Shown here: positions 1 through 11,053 of the stretch, in pieces
Numbering within the stretch: position 1 is the first letter of the stretch
Layout of the letters: the number at the start of each line of letters is the position of its first letter
Assembly: GCA_951406725.2 (NCBI GenBank)
Contig: OX597829.1
Coordinates: forward strand, 43,090,001-43,154,000
Reading direction: 5' to 3'
DNA length: 64,000 nt
Source: Octopus vulgaris
Lineage: Eukaryota
Translations under genes and position numbers: made by a program
Notes under the pieces: model-generated
What the model was told of the DNA's origin: nothing
The model's input: only the letters and a program-made list of their open reading frames with translations
The model's database searches: none

Positions 1-1775
1 GTGTTGCAGGAGCTGTGTTAGGCAGCCTCTACCTGGTCGAAATCCATGCTGGGTGTCAGACAGTAAGTCATTTTCTTCAAGGAACATGATTAGTTTCTTA
101 CGGACTATTCGTTCCATGACTTTGCTGATGTGTGAGGTCAGAGAGATAGGCCTATAATTTTTAGCATCTGCTCTGCTACCTCCCTTATGGATAGGGCATA
201 TTACCCCCTCTTTCAGTTTGACTGGGAGCTTACCACTTGCAAGAAAGCTCTGAAAAAGAAGCTGTAGCGGTTTTGCAAGGGCTCGTTTGCACGATTTGAG
301 AAGGATCGCTGGGAATCCATCGGGTCCAGCAGCTGAGTTTGTGTCAATCTCATCAATGGCTAGTGTGATATCATCTTCTTCGATGTTGATGTACTCAATT
401 TTTGTCTCTTTGGTCGCTGGTAAAGTGGCAAAGAATTCTTCTGGGTTGTTTACTTGCCTGTGTCCTAGAGGTGTAGTGAACACACTTTGGAACTGTTCAT
501 TCAGTATTTCACTTATCCTCGTGGGATTTCCTGTGAGAGAGCCATCTTTTTGGAAGAGAGGTCCTATTCTCTGGTGCACTGTGGCTGTCTCTTTGGCAAA
601 CTTAAAGAAAGCTTTAGGGTTTGATTTTATATTTTCTATTACCCAAGCTTCTTTATCTGCTCTCTCCTTTTCATGGGACTGATGTAGACTTTTCTCAGTT
701 TCCATTAGCATTCTTTCGAGCCGAGACTTCTCACCACTTTTGGTGTGCTTGCTCAGGCGGTTTGCAATCCTTGTCCGTCGTCTCATAAGAATCCTCCTTT
801 CTCTAGGGATCCTGTTTTTGTTCTTGTGTGTGCTGGCCCTGCACATTGGGACATATTTGTCACATATGGCTTGTATTATGGACATGAAGTGTTTGTGTTT
901 CATGTTTATGTCCGGTGTGGAGAGACATTCAGGCCAATCCTGTTTGAGGATCTCTTTCTCAATCGACTTCCAGTTGGCTTTATGAAAGTTTAAGTTGGAG
1001 AGATGGTGGGTGCTTCGTATAGGCTGTGTGTCTGCGGGGGCTTTTGTTCCATACATAGACAGCTCTATTATGTTGTGATCCGAGATCATTGTCGGCATCA
1101 CATTAACATTATGGATAATATCCATATTGTTTGTAAAGCAGAGATCCAGTATATTATCTGCCCTTGTTGGTTGCAGAACTATTTGCTCCATGAAAGAGGT
1201 ATTTGTGAGATGGAGCAGGGACTCCACCTGTGCCTGCTGATGGTGTGTCATCCCTGGGAGCATCTGCCCCCCAGGCCATTCCACATTGGGGAGGTTAAAG
1301 TCACCCATGAAGAATACACTGTTGTGCTGTTCAAGGTTGGTGAGGACTCCTCCTATTTTTGTTAGGCAGTCCTCAAACATGCCTGAGTGTTTTGGGGCGT
1401 CTGGTGGGCGATATGTAGTGCATATGACGATATTCAGTTGTCTTATGTGTACAATTTGAGTTTCACACACCGAGTTTGAATATGACAGCAGGACCTGGGG
1501 CGTGAGGTCATCTCGGATGTACATTGCAACTCCACCATGGCTCCTCCCTTTTCTATCTGTGCGTATGACTGCATATTGCGGCATGTGTATTTCCGCATCA
1601 CCTATATCGGGTTCAAGATGCGTTTCTGTGAGTGCCATGCATATAGCTTGACTGCATGTCACAAGGTCTCTCAGGAATGAAATTTTCTTTTACAGTTTCC
1701 GCGCAGCAGCCCTCCTACATTCAGTAGAAATATTTTTGTGGTGTGTGTGTTGGTGTTGGTGTCTGTGGTGGCCAT
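1..1775 (-). CDS. LINE (CR1-group) ORF2: apurinic endonuclease + start of reverse transcriptase; one frameshift at ~1688-1691; truncated by the window edge
   Basis: Manual translation of the minus strand. APE motifs: IFLLNVGGL / MALTETHL / HGGVAMYI / TYRPPD / FMGDFNLP / PTRADNILDLCF / ISDHNII. RT N-terminal motifs: SAAGPDGFP / ICPIHKGG / NYRPISLTSHISKVMERIV / QHGFRPGRGC. The frame is open from ~1689 to position 1 (omitted by the ORF track because there is no stop). Confidence 0.95.
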
Positions 1776-2617
1776 CCTGCATCTGTTGGAGGTGGCCTTA
1801 TGTGGTGGTAGTTCCAGCTTTGTGCTTGTAGCCAGGTCAGCTGCTGAACAATTTTTTGTGCCATGCACAAAAAAGACTGCTGTTCAGCTGCCGCACTTCT
1901 CACATCTGGGTGAAGCTGGCCACCTGTTGGGTTTCCGCGCACCACATCTGCATACCGTCTTTCAGTAGTGGTCAGTGCGCTTTTTTCCCTTCTTTTAACT
2001 TTTTGTTTTTGTTCTCCCTGAGGGAGGGACCTCTGTCTCGCGTCCGTGCGGTTTTGGTAGGGCCTCCGATGTGCAAAGCGACAGTTTGCACCTTCAACGC
2101 CGTACCAGCAGTCCCCCCTCAGGTAGAATTTGCAGGTGTTTCTTTCCCTGCCCTTACAGTTTTTGCTGGGGTCCCTCTGCTTTCTCTGGACAGGGCTTCC
2201 GTTAGCCTTGATTCTGTCACCCTTTACCTCCTGCTTCCCATCAATTCCAGGGTGCCTTTCCTTTCTTGCGGCCATTGCACCTCTTTGGTCTTCAGTTGTG
2301 GTGTTGGAAGCTGGACATGTGTCATCGTTTCCCTTTGTTCCAGGCTTCTCCATTTGGCTCTGGATGCTTTCCTCATCCTCCTGGCCCTCCCTGCTGCCGT
2401 CACCTCCCAGGATGATGTCCAGGGTGTCCATATGTTGCCTGATTAGAGCGTACGAACGGATAACTTCTCTCTTCTTTCGCTCTATCTGGGCGGTGGTTCT
2501 CGAAAAATTGTTGCTTTTCAGCGCCGCAGCAATAATGTCGTTCGGCGAGTCGTCCTCAGCGATCTTCCAAGCGCGGACGAACAATTGCACCTCTCTCGCA
2601 GACCAGTTTCTTGCCAT
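1721..2617 (-). CDS. LINE ORF1 (298 aa) with Myb/SANT-like (trihelix) N-terminus and CCCH zinc finger
   Basis: Intact ORF directly upstream of and overlapping ORF2. NWSAREVQLFVRAW...IAAALKSNNFSRTTAQIERKKREVIRSY fits a Myb/SANT-like pattern; CKFYLRGDCWYGVEGANCRFAH is C-x7-C-x8-C-x3-H. Confidence 0.85.
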   Translation of the reverse strand: MARNWSAREVQLFVRAWKIAEDDSPNDIIAAALKSNNFSRTTAQIERKKREVIRSYALIRQHMDTLDIILGGDGSREGQEDEESIQSQMEKPGTKGNDDTCPASNTTTEDQRGAMAARKERHPGIDGKQEVKGDRIKANGSPVQRKQRDPSKNCKGRERNTCKFYLRGDCWYGVEGANCRFAHRRPYQNRTDARQRSLPQGEQKQKVKRREKSALTTTERRYADVVRGNPTGGQLHPDVRSAAAEQQSFLCMAQKIVQQLTWLQAQSWNYHHIRPPPTDAGWPPQTPTPTHTPQKYFY

Positions 2618-3455
2618 TTTCTTCTAGTGAAATATAGGAACAGAGAGAGAGATAGAGAAGGAGAGATATGGAGAGGGAGAAGAGAAAGGAGAAAAGCCAG
2701 GGGGGGATAGAGAGAGAGACGAGGGGATTTTCCTGAGAGAAGAGAGAAAGAGAGAAAATAAGAGGGAAAAAAGAGAAAGGTGAGAGAATGGCAGGTCAGC
2801 AGGGGGAGAGTGAGCGGGATAGAGGTGTAGTAGAAAGGGACAGGGTGGAAAAGTGAGACAAGAGGGTGGACCCTAGGGGGGCAGGGAGAAGAAAGGCGGA
2901 GAGATAAAATGGAGAGGAAGAGAGAGATGAAATGGAGAGGGAGAGAGAGAGAGGGCAGGATAGAGGTACCAGGGAGTGAAGTAAAGGGACAGAGAGGGTG
3001 GTGTGGAGGAAGGAGACAGAGAGAGGAAAAAAGAGACAGGGGGTGGTGAGCCTTAGAGGGAACAGGGAGAGGAAAGGTAGGAAGAAAAAGGGGGGAAGAG
3101 GAAGAGAGGGGGCGCAACAGAGTGTAGTAAAGGGACAGGGAGGGTGGTGTAGAGAAAGAAATAAGGGGACAGAAGGGGAAGAGGAAAAGGGGTTTGACCT
3201 GTGAAGGAGCGGAGAGGAAAGAGGCAGAGAGAGGGAGGGGGAGTAACAGAGAGAGAGAGAGAGAAAGAGGGCGGTATATAGATACAAGAGAGAATGAGTG
3301 AAGTTGAGGAACTGAGAGAGGGGGTGAGGTGAGAGAAAGTTGATCTGAGAGAGATGCAGAAAGAGAAACGATTGCAGAGGGAGAGAGAGGGAGGAGGGGA
3401 GAGTGAGAGCGGAAATAGAGGGTCTGGTGGATGGGGAGACAGATAAGGTATAAAC

Positions 3456-3771
3456 TGTATGAGAGGGATAGAAATAGAAATGTAAGAAAGAGAGGGAGAG
3501 ATTATAAAGATAGAATAGCGCGTATTTTTATATCTTTTTAATTATTATTTTCTGTTTGAAAGAACACTAATGATAACAAATAATAAAAATGTATGAGAGA
3601 GATGGAAATAGAAATGTAAAAAAGAGAAAGAGAGTGCGTGGCAGGGACGGAGGACGAAATTATAAAGATTATAAAGATAGAATACCGCGTATTTTTATAT
3701 TTTTATATCTTTTTTTTTTTTTTTTTTTTTTTTTTAATTATTTTCTGTTTGAAAGAACACTAATGATAACA
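3456..3771 (+). repeat. Imperfect direct tandem duplication (~3456-3578 and ~3590-3771)
   Basis: TGTATGAGAG..GAAATAGAAATGTAA, ATTATAAAGATAGAATA.CGCGTATTTTTATAT and TTTTCTGTTTGAAAGAACACTAATGATAACAA each occur twice. Confidence 0.8.
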
Positions 3772-4022
3772 AGATAAATAATATCTTACCTTACCGGCTG
3801 AGAGAGAGTACTTACGTGATTCCTTTTTATAAGAAAGGAAGATAGATAGACAAGACAGACCTTTTATATTCCTCCCCAAGCGCACTTTGTAAACAAAAGG
3901 GGTTTGAGTTTCGATTTAGCACATGCAACAGTTTCACGATACTTTCTATATTTTCCTAAGCGATTTGGTATTAAGCAGCAAATTTTTCAGAGGCTTTATA
4001 TATATATATATATATGTATATA

Positions 4023-4053
<31 letters not shown>

Positions 4054-4164
4054 GTGTAAGTATGGTGCATTTGTGTAAAAGTTCGTGCATGTATCTAAGT
4101 ATAGGTGCACACTGACACACACACACACATATATGTATTAGCACAGATATGTATTTGCATGTGC

Positions 4165-4240
4165 GCGCACATACACGTGCAGAACGGTTTCGTCGCTTTG
4201 ACCGCATCTCGGGCAAGTCGGTCTTTCCGATAGCACTGCA
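4165..4240 (-). mobile_element. Short orphan fragment of the Tx1-clade LINE zinc-knuckle region
   Basis: Near-identical to 5178-5225 joined to 5260-5276; translates RPTCPRCGQSDETVLH. Confidence 0.75.
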
Positions 4241-4265
4241 TAAAATACGTACACACAGACATACA

Positions 4266-4324
<59 letters not shown>

Positions 4325-4368
4325 ACACACATAGATAGATAGATAGACAGATAAACGAGATAGATAGG

Positions 4369-4440
<72 letters not shown>

Positions 4441-4533
4441 CAGATAAACGAAATAAATAGGTAGATAGATAGACAGACAGATAAACGAGATAGATAGGTA
4501 GATAGAAAGATAGACTGACAGACAGACAGGCAG

Positions 4534-6187
4534 ATTTCTTTATTTGCAACGCAGGGCCGAACACAAAGAGGACAATGCAATGTAGAATTTTTCTTTTTCG
4601 AAATCGATCAAAAGGGAAAGAAATTTTTTTTTTCTTTTTGGAGGTCTAAATAATAATAGTTCCCAAAATGGGAAGGAAACGTAAAATTAACAAAGTTCAT
4701 CCGTGTGTAGAAAAACCTACGAAAAAGAACCACGGTAACCTCGGAAACGAAAACGAAAAACATTAACATGAGGGCAAAGCGCTCTTTATCTCTTTGTTTT
4801 ATAGGTTCAAGCTCAAGGTGGTTTCGTCATATACTCCTACCATCCTTACCACATTCACCCGCCTTTTGTTGAACCTTTCATTAGACAAAACTTCCCTCTC
4901 TATTCCCACTTTTCTAGCCAGGTGATACTTGAAGTAATAGATGAGAGGTTGGTCAGAGAGAAAAAAGTTTGTCTCAAAACCTTTCTCACGAGATCATCAC
5001 ACACATTCTTTCACCATAGACACCAGTACAACGAAAACTGCCTTGCCTTCCCGGTTAAAGGAAGGTAGCAGGGCAACATTCACGATAGACTCGGCCGACA
5101 ACCGAATTCGTCCCACACGTGACAGCAACCGTTTGACATAACCCTACAACTCTGAAATGTTTGGACGTTGCACGAATGCGTGCAGAAGGGTTTCGTCGCT
5201 TTGACCGCATCTCGGGCAAGTCGGTCTGGTCTGTAGAGCTTATTCCGAACGGGCAATGATTTCCGATAGCACTGCAGGCCAGGGATCTCTGGAAATTATC
5301 CATGGGTCCCGGTCAGAAAGTGGTCCTAAAGAGGCCGACCAGGTATTCCTTGTCGACGCCCAGGGCCTCCCCAAGAAAGTCGTCGCACCTCACCTTCAAT
5401 AATCCTCTATAGAACGCCTTCGTGGAATTGAAGTCGCACAAGTCTGATCCCAGACGGCGGTATTGCTCGAGGGCAAGGCGACGCTCGCGGTGCTATTCGC
5501 GCATCCTCGGTCTTTGTTTGATCTACGATTGCTGTTCGGTCAAAGAGACGAGCTGAAGCAAAGTGCGTCTTACAAACGGCGACCACACTTGTTCACTGTT
5601 GTCTATGAAACGCTGGATCTGTCGCAATCTCAGCGCATTTCTGCGCATCATTAACGACGGCATGCCCAGCCCTCCATTTTGTGGCAGCAAATGGATCGCC
5701 TGACCATCGGAACGCTTCACTTCCACAAAAAGCGGAAGCGTATGCGTTCCAGTTTTGTGATGGTAGGGTCGGGACAACGCACCACTGTCAGACGGTTGTA
5801 GATGACGAATGGAATGTACGCGTTCACCACCTAAATCCGACCTTTTAGGGATAGCTTCCTCTCGGCCCATTGCTGGATGAGAATGGTCACCCTACACGTT
5901 ATCTCATCCCAGTTCTTCCTCATTTGGAGATCTGGACCAACCTAGACTCTGATCAATTTAATCGGTCCGTCGGTCCAGTGTCCCACGGTGGAGACGCTGT
6001 GGGACGGCATGGGCTTGCTTTACCAGGTGCCAAGTCGCAAGCCCACTAACTTTTTCCGGGTTAATTTTCGCTGCCGTTACCGCTTCGTATTCCTTTAGTT
6101 TTCTCACCGTCCAGGTCGCTATGCCTGTAGCATCGTCAGTTACATCGTCGCCTATGCAGACATGCTCCTTCCGCGTCGCCAGCTTTT
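4534..6187 (-). mobile_element. Decayed 5'-truncated Tx1/L1-clade LINE (end of RT, CCHC knuckle, 3'UTR)
   Basis: Minus-strand translation with stops and frameshifts: degenerate YADD near 6145-6160, LKEYEAVTAAKINPEK, QQWAERKLSLKGRI*VVNAY, FRFLWK, PQNGGLGMP, CPRCGQSDETLLHAFVQ(R)P. The 3' end AATAAAGAAAT abuts a (TCTG/TCTA)n tract. Confidence 0.85.
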
Positions 6188-6389
6188 GCAGTCGATATCC
6201 TCTACCATAATCCCTACAAGAACTGGAGACTGTTTTAGCTGAAGAATGGACAAAAATTATTTTGGAAACAATTCAAATTGCATGATTTCATACCTCGTAG
6301 AATTCAAGCTGTAATTACTGCCAAAGGTGGTCCTACCCATATTAAAATAAATTCGTTTGAAATCTTAAGGTGTTTTGTCCAGCCCTGTA
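6188..6389 (+). mobile_element. Tc1-type transposon 3' end (transposase C-terminus + right TIR)
   Basis: Translates RYPLP*SLQELETVLAEEWTKI ... IPRRIQAVITAKGGPT; ends TTTTGTCCAGCCCTG|TA. Confidence 0.8.
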
Positions 6390-6975
6390 TATATATATGA
6401 ATGTGTGTGTGTGTGAGTGAATAAGTGAGTGTGTAGTAGTTTGTGGCCTGTAGCAAAAATAGTTGAATGATATAATCTTGCAAGAACTGTTATAGAGTAA
6501 TCTCCCTTTAGTAAGTTTCACAGAAGATTATATTTCATGAGAAGTATTTCTTAATTATTTAAGAAGCTTTGTGCCTCTCTTGGAAGTTTCTAGAATGTCT
6601 AGCGTTGCATTAATAAAAACAGTTTGCTGGCCCTGCTCTTTGCTTCTTTGTCAATTAGACTCAGAGCCATTCACGTCGTTGCTATGCCTGTCTATTTCTC
6701 TATGCCACATTACTAAAAAAACCACTATTTAGCTGTTATTTCTATATTTTTGAACTTTCTTGCATAGATTATTTCATTGAATTAGTTTCTACATTTCGAT
6801 TATGTTTCTTCGACAACCAGTGACTAAAATATATTTCATGAAATAAATAAATAGTTCCTAAATTTATTCTTCCCTATAAGAATTCTTCTAAGATACATGC
6901 AGCATTTCTGAACACATATTTACACTATGTACATGCACACACACACACACACACACACACATGATTGTATATATA

Positions 6976-7036
6976 ATCCCTTGGAACATTCCATCGCGCC
7001 CCAGGGAGCAATACTGTCCACTTTGAGAACCACTGA
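6976..7036 (+). mobile_element. Right end of a hAT-type MITE (same family as 8604-8896)
   Basis: CCCTTGGAACATTCC...CCCAGGG...CACTTTGAGAACCACTG matches 8838-8896. Confidence 0.7.
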
Positions 7037-7191
7037 TTATATGGTATAATTTAATTATATCATTGTTATTTCATTGTTGAATTGATAAAAGGTGGTTCTT
7101 CTCTAATTTATATACATATGTTATATATTGGGAAATTTGATTTAGTATTACTAAATTGAATTGTTCCCTGTAAGTTTGGAATAATATTCCC

Positions 7192-7237
<46 letters not shown>

Positions 7238-7754
7238 GGTATATGTTTTTTTCATATTTTGTGAGTTTTGCAGTCATGTACGAGTTATCCCGTATTACTA
7301 AACTCATTTCTTTTGGAGTATTCTGACGTAGTCCTTGAATACTCAGATGTATAGAATGCACAGCTTCCGCAAGATTGCATAACATATTACGCGAGGCTCA
7401 ACTCATCAGGCTAACCAAATATTCAAGCAAGCAGTCACATGTTAGTCAATCAACTGAACATCAGCAAATGCAATTCGATGTCAAACTGTTTTCTTTCTTT
7501 AACCAATATGTATATTATGAAAACAACTGTCAACGAATTTTTCATATTTTGTGACTGTTGCAGTCATGCACGATGTTGCGGTGTGTGTTTATTTGTGTGT
7601 ATGTGTGTGTATGGTGTGTGTGTGTGTGTGTGTGTGCGTGTGTGTGTGCGTGTGTGTGTGTGTGCGCGTGTGTGTGTGTATGTGTGTGTGTGTGTATGTG
7701 TGTGTGTGTGTCTGTGTGTGTGTGTGTGAGTGAGAAACAGAGAGAGAGAGAGAA

Positions 7755-8170
7755 GCGGCGAGCTGGCAGAAACGTTAGCATGCCGGGTGAAATGCTTAGC
7801 GGTATTTCATCTGCCTTTACGTTCTGAGTTCAAATTCCGCCGAGGTCGACTTTGCCTTTCATCCTTTCGGGGTCGATAAATAAAGTACCAGTTACGCACT
7901 GGAGTCGATATAATCGACTTAATCCGTTTTGTCTGTCCTTGTTTGTTCTCTCTGTGTTTAGACCCTTGTGGGTAGTAAAGAAATAGGTATTTCGTCTGCC
8001 GCTACGTTCTGAGTTCAAATTCCGCCGAGGTCGACTTTGCCTTTCATCCTTTCGGGGTTGATAAATTAAGTACCAGTTACGTACTGGGGTCGATGTAATC
8101 GACTTAATACGTCTGTCTGTCCTTGTTTTTCCCCTCTATGTTTAGCCCCTTGTGGGCAATAATGAAATAA
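7755..8170 (+). mobile_element. tRNA-derived SINE family A, dimeric
   Basis: Head GGCGAGCTGGCAGAAACGTTAG (A-box-like) and GAGTTCAAATTCC (B-box-like); central GTCGACTTTGCCTTTCATCCTTTCGGGGTCGATAAA; the unit repeats from ~7986. Confidence 0.9.
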
Positions 8171-8603
8171 GAAACAGAGAGAGAGAGAGGGAGGGAGAGA
8201 GAGAAACAGACAGACAGAGCCAGAAAGACAGAGAGGCAGAGACAGAAAGAGACTGTGAACTTCACAAATTTAAAATCAACAAGAAGCATTCATTTTTTAC
8301 AATTCTATTTCTTTATTTTTTTCCCACCAATAATTACGATAAACATTTGCGATCTGTGTTTGTTGAAAACTAGAGCAACTTCAGATAATATAAACCTTCA
8401 ACTATAACTCACACTATTTGTTTACACACACACACACTTGAATATATAAGTTAGAATTTAAATTAGGGAAGAACTAAAATAGTAGTGTTTATTTGACTCC
8501 TCCTTTTCTCATTTAAACTACTACATTTGTTATTCAGCTTACAGGACTTATCTGAAGCCTATTGAATCCTTATCCCGGAGTTGATTAGCGCTTCCATTTA
8601 AAT

Positions 8604-8896
8604 CAGTGGTCCCTAAACCATTTCAGGCTGCCGCCCCTTGACACCCAGACCACATTCCTAACGACCCCACCCCAACGGACCATAACAAACAAACCTCTTT
8701 CTAAATCAAATTCAAAACAACTGTATTTCATAATCAAAATTTAACATAATGAACCTATTATTTTCTTGCCATCCCATTATCGTCCCATTTTTTACATGAA
8801 TCGCTACCCCATCATCACCCCACTTTTCTTCAACGCCCCCTTGGGACATTCCACCACACCCCAGGGGTGCAATACAGCACACTTTGAGAACCACTG
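8604..8896. mobile_element. Non-autonomous hAT-type MITE with 8-bp TSD
   Basis: TIRs CAGTGGTCCCTAAA / TTTGAGAACCACTG; identical ATTTAAAT at 8596-8603 and 8897-8904. Confidence 0.9.
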
Positions 8897-9025
8897 ATTT
8901 AAATCGATCAAAGTCATACGAGTATCTTTTACAGTTTGAAATACCACACTAACCATGATTTAGCATGATGTGCTAGGAGTCAATAGTCAGGATTATAACT
9001 GTCCCATCTCTCTGTCTGTGTCTAT

Positions 9026-9079
<54 letters not shown>

Positions 9080-9113
9080 CTGTCTGTCTATCTATCTACA
9101 TATATATATATAT

Positions 9114-9152
<39 letters not shown>

Positions 9153-9389
9153 CTCTCTCTTTTTTCTTTCTCTCTTTCTTTCTTTCTGTATATATATATA
9201 TCTTATGAACTTCATTAGCTTGCAGCTGTTTCTGGTATAAGATGCAATGGCCTGTTACTTGAGTGCCTGAGTAAGACCTGGTAGTTCCATCGGAGTTGCC
9301 TCGAATTTGAAGTACGATTTATTTTGGAAAAAAATTATATTTGTGCCTATATAGGGATCGGCTACAACAATATTTATTTATATGTATAT

Positions 9390-9614
9390 CAGAGTTAGTA
9401 CATAAATTGTGAAACAAAATGGAAGAAATTGGACTCGAATACCGGATGTTGATTAATATGCTTTATTAATAAAGCTGCCAAGATGTCACAAAAACTGTTA
9501 CTCAGAGTTTCACGTTGCTGTTTGTCGGACAATTTTGCTTGAGAATCTCAATAAAAACTGTCCGACGAACGGGAACGTGAACATCAGTCTTTGTGATGTC
9601 GTGGCAGCTTTATT

Positions 9615-9619
<5 letters not shown>
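9390..9619. mobile_element. Penelope-like terminal-repeat fragment forming an inverted repeat with hammerhead-like cores
   Basis: Arms 9463-9536 and 9554-9619 are reverse complements. Combined consensus AAAACTGT-CCGACGA-ACG(GGAA)CGT-GAA-ACTC(T)GAGT-A-ACAGTTTT. Followed by (TA)n. Confidence 0.6.
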
Positions 9620-9686
<67 letters not shown>

Positions 9687-9687
<1 letters not shown>

Positions 9688-9815
9688 GGCGCGGGAGTGG
9701 TTGTATGGTAAGAAGCTTGCTTACTAACCACATGGTCCTGGGTTGAGGCCCTCTGCGGGCCAACCAAAGCCTTGTGAGTGGATTTGGTAGACGGAAACTG
9801 AAAGAAGCCGTCGTA
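9687..9815 (+). mobile_element. SINE family B, partial (5' part, internally deleted)
   Basis: GGCGCGGGAGTGGTTGTATGGTAAGAAGCTTGC...GGATTTGGTAGACGGAAACTGAAAGAAGCCGTCG. Confidence 0.85.
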
Positions 9816-9833
9816 TACATACATACGTTTATA

Positions 9834-9886
<53 letters not shown>

Positions 9887-9969
9887 ATGGCTCAATCAAG
9901 TCTGCTTCATATTCCCGGAAATAATTCCTGCCAGAGCATTGGGGATAAGCCCATGCGTGTGCATGTATG

Positions 9970-10052
<83 letters not shown>

Positions 10053-10648
10053 GTGTGTCTGTGTATGTCTGCGTACCCGCTCGTATGCATGTGCATGTGT
10101 CCGTGTGTATATTCATTTTCGCACACGCGAACCGAAATCAGTGTTACCTTATGGAGCATGCCCCTTCTTTTCCTGTAACTATGTTGTTCGACATACGAAG
10201 TAAGATTATATGATTGAGTAAACCTTTAAACCTTTAAACCTGTAGTCCAGCTTTAGTCCCCTGTAATGACTGAAACCGCTAAAGGAATAAAAGTATATAT
10301 CCGTCCGCTTACATACAGACATGCATACATACATGCATACATACATACATATATACATACATACATACATACATACATACATACATACATACATACATAC
10401 ACACATACATACATACATACATACATACATACATACATACATACATACATACATACATACATACAGACAGACAGACAGACACACAGACACACAGACACAC
10501 AGACACACAGACAGACAGACAGACACACAGACAAACAGACAGACAGATAGACACACACACACACGTACACGCGCAATATACAAATAAATACTTTAAAGGA
10601 CAACGAATGAAGCTAGCACACAGATAGGCAGCCAGACATGTAGATAAC

Positions 10649-10697
<49 letters not shown>

Positions 10698-10868
10698 ACA
10701 GACAGACAAAGAGATATGGAGGGGAACGGAGTGTAGGAGAGAGGGAGAGAAGGAAGGAAGGAGTCAGAGAGACGGGAGATAAATTGAGAGAAAGAGAGGC
10801 TGTGAGAGGGGCCCGGAAGGAAGGAGGCAGAGGTAGCTAGCTCGAAAGATATATATATATATAGATAT

Positions 10869-10937
<69 letters not shown>

Positions 10938-10966
10938 CAGACATACAGACATACAGACAGACAAAC

Positions 10967-11053
<87 letters not shown>

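Larger units (their letters stand above)
1..3440 (-). mobile_element. CR1-group non-LTR retrotransposon, 5' portion (probable CT-rich 5'UTR, ORF1, ORF2)
   Basis: Two-ORF layout with APE-RT. About 800 nt of polypyrimidine (sense strand) sequence lies upstream of ORF1; the 5' boundary is uncertain. Confidence 0.8.

Noticed and set aside
1679-1694. ORF2 internal frameshift as programmed recoding
   Set aside because: AAATTTC is not in X XXY YYZ phase and the shift interrupts the endonuclease domain; a 1-nt deletion is the simpler explanation.
287-2627. Plus-strand ORFs over the LINE
   Set aside because: Antisense shadows of ORF1/ORF2 with no recognisable motifs.
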